Origin: Salpingoeca rosetta
Taxonomy: Eukaryota; Protista; Choanoflagellata
DNA length: 6,574 nucleotides
Assembly (NCBI GenBank): GCA_033442325.1
Contig: JAWQFM010000013.1
Coordinates: 598,171-604,744 of the forward strand
Reading direction: 5' to 3'
In this document: positions 1-6,574 of the stretch, one piece after another
How the letters are laid out: the number at the start of each line of letters is the position of its first letter
How positions within the stretch are numbered: the first letter of the stretch is position 1
The notes under the pieces: model-generated
What the model was told of the DNA's origin: nothing
What the model saw: only the letters and a program-made list of their open reading frames with translations
Database searches by the model: none
Program-made: the position numbers and the translations under genes

Positions 1-355
1 GATGCTCGTCAGTCGTGGTTGGGCTCGCTGCGTGCTTGGCAGAGTTTATGTCTGTGGTTGATCCGTCTGTCTGGTATGCTGACTGTTTTTAGTGCTCCTT
101 GTGTCCTTATCCTACTTGCGCGTCTGTTGTCTATATGTCGTGTTCCGACCCTCCCTCCCTGACCCGTCTCTTTCCCCATCATTTAATTCACACTTAATTT
201 TTTACTACCCAGCTCTTGTTTCTATTCTTCATGAGGTTATCTCTCTATGGTAAATATATGTAAACCGCGCTAAACATCTGCAGTTAATCATGGCTTGCCC
301 GGCTTCCGCGGGATGAGCACTTTCTTGCTGTCACTCTCCTATACACGTCGTGACG

Positions 356-359
<4 letters not shown>

Positions 360-445
<86 letters not shown>
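360..445. repeat. (CA)n microsatellite, intronic
   Basis: Perfect CA run ending about 20 nt before the acceptor at 465. Confidence 0.98.
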
Positions 446-451
<6 letters not shown>

Positions 452-465
452 GCATACGTGCACAG

Positions 466-530
466 GTGAGTGGCAAACGCGACCGTTTGAGCGATCACGG
501 GTGCAGGACGGGCAAATCCCCGTGAACCAG
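466..530 (+). CDS. XPC: XPC exon (GEWQT...IPVNQ)
   Basis: Acceptor cacag ends at 465, donor CAG|gtaggc at 531; encodes the conserved WQT and G.IP.N motifs. Confidence 0.9.
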
Positions 531-832
531 GTAGGCATGTGTGCGTATGCATCGTGAATGCAAGAAGAAAATCCAACGTGTCTTGTGCTATTCTCACCGC
601 TGCACCCATCCCCACCACTGCTCCCACAACACATTGTCAACAACCCTCCCCCTCCATGTCCTTCCATGCTGTGCGCTCACTGGCCACATATCGACCAGCA
701 CGGCAACGTTGAGTTGTTCCATCCAGCCATGCTTCCCATTGGCGCCGTGCACATGGCCGACCGCCCAGGCATCGGTCAGTGCAAAATGTGTGTGGTTGTG
801 AATGTGTTTGTTAGTTTGGTTGGTTGTGTTTT

Positions 833-931
<99 letters not shown>

Positions 932-1688
932 CACACACACACACACACTGCGCCCATGTGAACGTGTGAATGTGCTTGCCAACGATGTCATTGGTGTAGC
1001 TTACCACCGCCAACGCCCATTGCCTGTTTCTCGCCCGCCCACACTCACTTGTGCACCGCAGCAAAAGTTGCGCGGCAGCTTGGGGTGGAGTATGCGGATG
1101 CCGTGGTTGGCTTTGAGTTCAGCAGTGGCCGCACTGTTCCCAAGAAGAACGGCATTGTTGTGGCAGAGCACGCTGCGCCGCTGTTGGAAGAAGCGTGGGT
1201 GGCAACCCAACAGCACAAGCTACAACAGCAGGTCAAACGTTTTGTTTGCGTGCTGCACACCCTCTGCTCGTGCTCGTGCCCGTCCGTCCATTGTGTCGTC
1301 AACCGAGGAGGCGGAGGAGGTTGGGGTGTTGGTGCGCGTGTTACCTCGTGTGCTTGATGGCCTGTTTGACTTTGTTGTTGTGTGTGTCGTGTTGCTGCAT
1401 ACCAACTCACGTGTGGTTTTGTGTTGGCTACCGCGCTGTGCTGGTGATGCTCGTAGGTGGAAGCGCGGCAGCAGCGCATCGTGTCCTTGTGGGAGCGGCT
1501 CGTTCGCAGAGCACTCATCAAGTACAAACATGGTCCACATGTGTTGTGTGCATGTGTGTGCATGTGTGTGCATGTGTGTGTCGTGGTGGCTCGTGACATG
1601 CGCTTCTTCTTGCTCCGACTCCGTCACACTTCCTCCATCGAGCTCTCCGCCTCCCATCTCGTGCTCGTGCCTGTGTCTCACTCATTCG

Positions 1689-1764
<76 letters not shown>

Positions 1765-1867
1765 CACACAAACACAACACAACACAAACAACCCGACGAT
1801 CAGGGCGGACTTGGACGCACGGGAGGAGCTGGCGAAGCGCGCAGCAAGCGGTGTTGGCACACTTTGA
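466..1867 (+). CDS. XPC: XPC/Rad4 nucleotide-excision-repair damage sensor, 3' part (end of BHD2, BHD3, C-terminal helix); 5'-partial; exons 466-530, 699-774, 1062-1231, 1457-1521, 1804-1867
   Basis: Hand-spliced with GT-AG introns whose phases agree (0,1,0,2): (G)EWQTRPFERSRVQDGQIPVNQ|HGNVELFHPAMLPIGAVHMADRPGI|AKVARQLGVEYADAVVGFEFSSGRTVPKKNGIVVAEHAAPLLEEAWVATQQHKLQQQ|VEARQQRIVSLWERLVRRALI|KADLDAREELAKRAASGVGTL*. This matches recalled XPC/Rad4 motifs (G.WQT, G..P.N..GNV.LF...M.P.G.V, VAR.L......AV.GF.F, G.VV, W..L...LLI). Confidence 0.92.
699..774 (+). CDS. XPC: XPC exon (HGNVELFHPAMLPIGAVHM...)
   Basis: Acceptor gaccag ends at 698 with a CTCAC branch-like motif upstream; donor G|gtcagt at 775; start of BHD3. 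Confidence 0.9.
834..948. repeat. (CA)n microsatellite, intronic, with minor interruptions
   Basis: Visible in the sequence, within intron 775-1061. Confidence 0.98.
1062..1231 (+). CDS. XPC: XPC exon (BHD3 beta-hairpin AVVGFEFSSGRTVP)
   Basis: Acceptor ccgcag ends at 1061 with a CTCAC branch-like motif upstream. Donor most likely CAG|gtcaaa at 1232; in-frame alternative donors exist at 1244 and 1250. Confidence 0.85.
1457..1521 (+). CDS. XPC: XPC exon (VEARQQRIVSLWERLVRRALI, centrin-binding-like helix)
   Basis: Acceptor cgtag ends at 1456; donor AA|gtacaa at 1522; W..L...ALI resembles the XPC W-x-x-L-x-x-x-L centrin-binding segment. Confidence 0.8.
1538..1580. repeat. (CATGTGTGTG)n 10-bp tandem repeat, 3 exact copies plus 1 degenerate copy
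   Basis: catgtgtgtg at 1551, 1561 and 1571. Confidence 0.9.
1691..1762. repeat. (CA)n microsatellite, intronic
   Basis: Perfect CA run within intron 1522-1803. Confidence 0.98.
1804..1867 (+). CDS. XPC: XPC terminal exon, stop TGA 1865-1867
   Basis: Acceptor atcag ends at 1803; phase 2 matches the 1521 donor, giving K-ADLDAREELAKRAASGVGTL*. Confidence 0.7.
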
Positions 1868-1979
1868 TGACTTCTCTGATCTGATGCACATTTAACGGGG
1901 TTCTTCCTCGCCATACCTCTCCCGTCTTGTTTTAAACAAGCATGAAACCTTTTCACAATACATCAAAAACTGCCCTGAT

Positions 1980-2004
1980 CGAACGTTCTCGCAAGTGCTC
2001 GAAG
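1980..2004 (+). promoter_or_regulatory. Heat-shock element (HSF binding site) upstream of the DnaJ gene
   Basis: Five in-register alternating pentamers cGAAc-gTTCt-cGCAa-gTGCt-cGAAg (3 perfect, 2 with one mismatch), about 330 nt upstream of an Hsp40 start codon. Confidence 0.7.
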
Positions 2005-2020
2005 CACCAAGATGAAGCGC

Positions 2021-2059
2021 GCAAACACCCGCAAACACCCGCAAACACCCGCAAACACC
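2021..2059. repeat. (GCAAACACCC)x4 10-bp tandem repeat in the DnaJ promoter region
   Basis: Three exact copies plus GCAAACACC. Confidence 0.95.
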
Positions 2060-2334
2060 AGCCAGGGCGGTGTTCTCGCCACCACCACCACCATCATGTT
2101 GTGTGACGTTGCCCCACTCCCCCTTCCCCGCTTGTCGCCTCCCCCTTGTCGTTGTTGCTGAAGTGGGATGGCGATGGGTCGACAGTTCATTTTTCCAGAT
2201 TCGCGAGCCAATCCGAAGACCAAGGCAACCTCAGCTACAGCTACAACAAGCGACCAAACCAACACTTCTTCACCTTCTTCATCTTTTGATCCTTCGATCC
2301 TTTGTTGATCAGCAGCACACACCAAGAAGCGACG

Positions 2335-3474
2335 ATGCCCTCTGTGAACAACCGCAAGTTCTACGACGTGCTGGGCGTTGCGCCCGGCGCATCGGAGGCC
2401 GATCTCAAGAAGGCGTACCGCAAGCTGGCCATGAAGTGGCACCCTGATCGCAACAAGAGCCCCGAGGCCAACGAGAAGTTCCAGGCCATCTCCCGCGCCT
2501 ACGACGTGCTCTCCGACCCGGAGAAGCGCAAGGTCTACGATATGTACGGCGAGGAGGGCCTAAACGGTGGCGCACCAACGGGCGGTCCTCGCACGAGCGC
2601 AGGCCCCGGTGGCGCCACCTACACCTTCGACGCAGCCGATGCCGATCGCATCTTCCGCCAGTTCTTCGGCGGCATGGGCGGCGGCGGCATGGGCATGGGC
2701 GGCGGCATGGGCGGCCCGGGCTTCCAGTCGTTCAGCTTCGGCGGCCAGCCCCGCGCAAAGCAGGCGCGCCGCAACCCGTTTGGCAGCAGCGGCATGTTCT
2801 TCGGCGGCGGCAACAGCGGCATGGACACCTCGGACGACTCTGAGGACGACTTTGCCTCCTTGTTCGGCGGGGCGCGCGGCCCTGGCGGCGGCTGCAGTCG
2901 GGGCCAGTGCCCACGCACGGCCCCGCCCCAGCAACCCGAGGTGGTGCAGCGCAAGGTGCCCGTGTCGCTGGAGGACCTCAAGACGGGCTTCACCAAGCGC
3001 ATGCGCGTGCAGCGGCGCATCCAGGACTCGCAGACGGGCGCCATCACCACCACCTCCAACATCCTCACGGTGGAGGGCCGCCCTGGTGTGAAGGCCGGTA
3101 CCAAGTACACGTTTGCGGGCGCCGGTGACGAGCTCAACGCCCGCCCGCGCCAGGATATCCAGTTTGTGCTTGAGGAGAAGCCGCACCCGACGTTCAAGCG
3201 GGACGGCGACGACGTTGTGACAACTGTGAAGGTGCCGCTTGTCGACGCGCTGTGCGGCTGCACGGTGCAGGTGCCCAAGCTTGGCGGCGGCAGCGTGCCG
3301 CTGACACTGGACCGCATCACCCCGCAGACGGTGAAGATCGTTGCGGGGGAGGGCATGCCCAAGCGCCATGGCGGCGCAGGCAACCTCAAGGTGCGCTTTG
3401 ACGTGCAGTTCCCCGCACAGCCGCTCACGCCGGACCAGAAGCAAGGCGTCAGGAACTTTCTCCCTCGCGCATAA
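2335..3474 (+). CDS. DNAJB: Class B (type II) J-domain protein / Hsp40, DNAJB1/4/5-Sis1-like, 379 aa, intronless
   Basis: First ATG at 2335 (ACG ATG). J-domain FYDVLGV...[17 protein letters not shown]...[22 protein letters not shown] with HPD at 2440-2448. Long G/F and G/M linker, no CxxCxGxG zinc finger. C-terminal substrate-binding domains ([37 protein letters not shown]). TAA at 3472-3474. Confidence 0.96.
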   Translation: MPSVNNRKFYDVLGVAPGASEADLKKAYRKLAMKWHPDRNKSPEANEKFQAISRAYDVLSDPEKRKVYDMYGEEGLNGGAPTGGPRTSAGPGGATYTFDAADADRIFRQFFGGMGGGGMGMGGGMGGPGFQSFSFGGQPRAKQARRNPFGSSGMFFGGGNSGMDTSDDSEDDFASLFGGARGPGGGCSRGQCPRTAPPQQPEVVQRKVPVSLEDLKTGFTKRMRVQRRIQDSQTGAITTTSNILTVEGRPGVKAGTKYTFAGAGDELNARPRQDIQFVLEEKPHPTFKRDGDDVVTTVKVPLVDALCGCTVQVPKLGGGSVPLTLDRITPQTVKIVAGEGMPKRHGGAGNLKVRFDVQFPAQPLTPDQKQGVRNFLPRA

Positions 3475-3766
3475 GCGCGTGCAGATTGAGAGTGATGAAT
3501 ATGAGTGCACTGATGGATGAGAGTGAGTGAGTGATGAGTGCGGTGAGTGTTGTGTGGTTCTTTTTCTTATTCGTTTCTTCCTCTTCTTTCTCGACATTGC
3601 CCGTGTTACTACATGTTATGTTACAACAACATCAAGCCGTTGATCGATTTGATTGATTTGATTGAGGATTTGAGTGATTTGATATTTGAATCCCATGCGT
3701 GCAAGCTATGAAGTAACCGACTCCACCACGAACTTGGTGTGCACAAGACTGTGATTGAGGGGAAGG

Positions 3767-3882
3767 CACAAAGGAGGACGAGAACGAGTGTGGGATGGGA
3801 AACACAAAGGAGGAGAACGAGTGTGGGATGGGAAACGCAAAGGAGGAGAACGAGTGTGGGATGCAAATGAGGACAACGAGTG
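3767..3882. repeat. 33-bp purine-rich minisatellite (ACAAAGGAGGAGAACGAGTGTGGGATGGGAAAC), about 3 copies plus a degenerate remnant
   Basis: The core GAGAACGAGTGTGGGATG recurs three times at a 33-nt period. Confidence 0.9.
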
Positions 3883-3884
3883 CA

Positions 3885-4007
<123 letters not shown>

Positions 4008-4107
4008 NNNNNNNNNNNNNNNNNNNNNNNNNNNNNNNNNNNNNNNNNNNNNNNNNNNNNNNNNNNNNNNNNNNNNNNNNNNNNNNNNNNNNNNNNNNNN
4101 NNNNNNN
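4008..4107. other. Assembly gap, 100 N (conventional placeholder, true size unknown)
   Basis: Exactly 100 N, directly after a CA tract. Confidence 0.99.
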
Positions 4108-4224
4108 CAAACAACAAGGTGACCAACCAACTCAATGTCCGTGACATGACTTGCTTCCCTTGTTGCCAACCACAACTCATGACGTATGCACTGTATGCAT
4201 GTCGCGTATCCATATGTGCGCGCA

Positions 4225-4287
4225 TGTGTGTGTGTGTGTGTGTGTGTGTCGACGCATGTGTGTCTGCTCATATGTGTGTGTGTGTGT
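4225..4287. repeat. (TG)n tracts upstream of the MORN gene
   Basis: Short TG runs in alternating purine-pyrimidine sequence. Confidence 0.9.
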
Positions 4288-4547
4288 CTGCATGGCCTGT
4301 GCTTGCCAATGCATTTATTCAAACGTGAAGATTGCCTCGCTCAGCTGCACACGACCATCCATCCCGGACACCAACCCTCAACAACAGCAGTGTTGTGTTG
4401 TTGCCCGCACCCACGCACACACAGGTCGGCGCGCCTCCGGACAACAAGTCCAGCTGCAGGAATTTCAAGCTAGGCAAACCCCCTTGTCCTTGGCTGCACC
4501 AACGGCCCTTCTTCACGTCACACACACACACACATACAATAGCGAGG

Positions 4548-5517
4548 ATGCCAAAAGGCAAAGGAAAGAAGAAGGGGGCAGAGTCAGCCGCTCCTGCCGT
4601 GCAAGGTTTGTGTCTGTGCGTGCGTACATGTGTTTTGAAGAAGAAGGGTTGGACATCAGTGTCTTTAGGTCACTGTCCTGTGCTCACTTTCTCCAACTGA
4701 CTCTATCTCCAACTCGACCGTTTTTCATCTTCATGCAATGCTTTGTGCACACGCGTTGACAACTTGCGCCGATACTGTCCACTCCCTCCATTCACCCACG
4801 TTTCGTATTGATGTTGGCGCACACCACAAACACCATGCTACGTGCTTGCAGAGCCGCCTAAGCTGTACATGTTTGGACTGGACGTGGGCTCCACGGCGCA
4901 GGGTGTGTTTCAGGTGGTGGATGGTCAAGTGACCCCCATCAGCCCCGCGGCGGTGAAGGGCCACTTCTTCGTGGGAGACTGCACGCCGGAAGGCAAGCGC
5001 GTGGGTCGCGGGCTGGAATGCTTCCCCAACGGCACCGTCTTCGACGGCGAGTTTGACGAGGAGAAGAGGAACGGGCACGGCACCATCACCTTCCCCGATG
5101 GCTCCAAGTACGAGGGCAACTTCCACCACGGCCTCTTCCACGGCCAGGGCATCCTGCGCACCGCCAGCGCGTGCTTCAGGGGAGAGTGGGAGAGCGGGTA
5201 CCTCAATGGACCCGCAACCGTTGAGGAGAAGTCCGGCCTGCACTGCCAGGGCGAATTCCGCGATGGCCCAGCGCAACGGCATGTGCACTGTCACATATCC
5301 AAGCGGCTCGCGCTATGACGGCCACTGGCTCAACGACAAGAAGCACGGCCAGGGCACGCAGACATGGCCCAACGGCATGACATTTACGGGCGAATGGCAC
5401 AGCGGCCAGCAGCACGGTGCAGGCACCCTCCGCCTCCCCTCTGGACGCGTCATTGCAGGCACGTGGGCAAACGGCAAGCTTGTCACAGATGACATGCGGC
5501 CCTCCACCGCCCAATAA
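4548..5517 (+). CDS. MORN-repeat protein (7 repeats plus a partial eighth; about 240 aa if repaired); exons 4548-4605 and 4852-5517; one-base frameshift at 5267-5269
   Basis: Exon 1 reads MPKGKGKKKGAESAAPAVQ-G|gtttgt; intron 4606-4851 ends ttgcag|AG CCG with matching phase 1. Repeats such as FDGEFDEEKRNGHGTITFPDG, YEGNFHHGLFHGQG, YDGHWLNDKKHGQGTQTWPNG and FTGEWHSGQQHGAG fit the MORN consensus Y.G.W..G..HG.G....P.G. Repeats 1-4 and half of repeat 5 are in ORF 4842-5318; the rest are in ORF 5053-5517. Confidence 0.9.
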
Positions 5518-5574
5518 TACAGGAAGGTTGCTAATGACAGGTTGCTTGTGCTGCTGTTGCCGATGGTGTTGTGG

Positions 5575-5610
5575 ACTGCTGATGCTGCTGCTGCTGCTGA
5601 TGCTGCTGAT
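5575..5610. repeat. (GCT/GAT)n trinucleotide tract
   Basis: gctgatgctgctgctgctgctgatgctgctgat. Confidence 0.85.
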
Positions 5611-5670
5611 GGTGTCTGCAGCGAACACTCACCTGCGCCTGCGCTCAAGTCGCTGCCACTTTCCCCCAAG

Positions 5671-5671
5671 C

Positions 5672-5722
<51 letters not shown>

Positions 5723-5735
5723 AACAACAACAACA
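5671..5735. repeat. (CAA)n microsatellite with one TAA interruption
   Basis: Visible in the sequence downstream of the MORN stop codon. Confidence 0.97.
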
Positions 5736-6525
5736 CCGAATCACGATGACCTCTTCCCTGACGTTGAGGACATTGGTTTTTTCTCCAGCGCTTTCGAATA
5801 ACTGCATGCTCCCCCCCCCCTCTCCCTCTCTCTTACTTGTCTTTTGTGCTTTCAGCTCTTGATGCTTATTTGAATCTGAAACCTTCGGCTCCTGTATGCT
5901 CGCTTCCTTGCTTTATCATCATTATATATCTGGGTTGCTTTGCCTTTGTCTTTGTTCCCTGCCGCTGTCCATTGCTTGCACGTGTCCGATGCTTGCTTCT
6001 GCCACCCTTTGTTGCCGACTTGCTGTACACGCCATCAGGATCGCTTGTACATATACTCTGCTCGCATGTGCGCGTGCGTGTGTTTGTGTGTGTCTGCTTT
6101 GGTTTGCGTATGCTGCGTGTCTTGTGTGTCTGTGCATGATTCCGTTTGCGTCCTTGTCACGCATCGGTGGTTGACAGCACGGCATTCGCAGCTGCATCGT
6201 CACCTGCTGCTTCTGCTTCTTGTGTGATTCGATTACTTTGTAATTTAATGTGGTGGCTTTGGCCAAGAGAGCAGTCACGGTAACAAATTCTGCAGCAAGC
6301 AACCAGCGCACAACAAGCAAGACGATTGCCAATCCAGAGGTGTGTGTTTGTGTGGGGATGAAGCGCGAAAGCAGACAGGCTGTTGAGATCAGCAAATATG
6401 TAGCACATTGAACAAGGGCTCAACAACGAGCTCCTATTCACCGTGGAGATAAACTGTATCAAAGGACAAACCAGCAAAAACATGGTGCTTGTGGGTATGG
6501 TCATGATTGCTTGAGCTTGTGGCTG

Positions 6526-6574
6526 TCAGAGGAAGATGCCAGGGACGGCGCAGAGGAGACGCTGGTTCGCGCGC
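6526..6574 (-). CDS. Probable 3' end of a convergent gene (...RANQRLLCAVPGIFL*), product unidentified
   Basis: Minus-strand codons CGC GCG AAC CAG CGT CTC CTC TGC GCC GTC CCT GGC ATC TTC CTC TGA show the same strong C/G third-position bias as the DnaJ and MORN exons; only 15 codons are visible. Confidence 0.4.
   Translation of the reverse strand, partial: RANQRLLCAVPGIFL

Noticed and set aside
558-1895. 445-aa ORF and other HTHT/CVCV ORFs across 284-1956 and 3621-4759
   Set aside because: Artefacts of stop-free (CA)n/(TG)n tracts and Ns; only the short XPC and MORN exon segments within them are protein-like.
2302-2334. TTG-initiated N-terminal extension of DnaJ in the ORF track
   Set aside because: Eukaryotic gene; the ATG at 2335 directly precedes the J-domain.
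2335-3474. Assignment as radial-spoke DNAJB13/RSP16, given the MORN neighbour and X-box-like GACCAAGGCAAC at 2218-2229
   Set aside because: Intact HPD, long G/F-G/M linker and an HSE fit DNAJB1/4/5-Sis1 better.
2560-3597. Long antisense ORFs (345 aa, 269 aa) and alternative-frame ORFs over DnaJ, plus antisense ORFs over MORN
   Set aside because: Expected shadows of GC3-biased coding sequence; no recognisable domain.
3487-3690. Degenerate GAGT/GAT and GATTT runs after the DnaJ stop
   Set aside because: Simple low-complexity 3' UTR sequence with no recognisable structure.
3767-3882. CRISPR-like appearance of the 33-bp repeat
   Set aside because: Contiguous tandem copies without unique spacers, in a eukaryotic context with no cas genes.
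5220-5271. 52-nt GT-AG intron that would restore the MORN frame
   Set aside because: It would delete half of a well-formed MORN repeat, the sequence has coding-type composition, and other introns here are about 170-290 nt.
5627-5670. Consensus CAG|GTGAGT donor on the - strand at about 5632
   Set aside because: No credible acceptor or protein-like exon upstream of it; it runs into (TTG)n.
5837-6504. Several 90-157 aa ORFs on both strands
   Set aside because: Low-complexity UTR/intergenic composition, no GC3 bias and no domain motifs.

Overview
Eukaryotic, intron-rich DNA with GC3-biased exons and abundant (CA)n/(TG)n/(CAA)n microsatellites; the style resembles a choanoflagellate such as Salpingoeca (inference only). 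On the + strand there are three genes. (1) The last five exons of an XPC/Rad4 DNA-damage recognition gene (466-1867). (2) An intronless class B J-domain protein (DNAJB1/4/5, Sis1-like; 2335-3474), preceded by an in-register heat-shock element and a 10-bp phased tandem repeat. (3) After a minisatellite, a (CA)n tract and a 100-N assembly gap, a two-exon MORN-repeat gene (4548-5517) whose frame is broken by one extra C at 5267-5269. The 3' tip of a probable convergent - strand gene lies at the window end. The most notable items are the MORN frameshift and the UG-rich 5' / CA-rich 3' complementary architecture of introns lacking a U-rich polypyrimidine tract. No clearly novel multi-gene system is evident. 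Most ORFs in the supplied track are microsatellite or GC-shadow artefacts.
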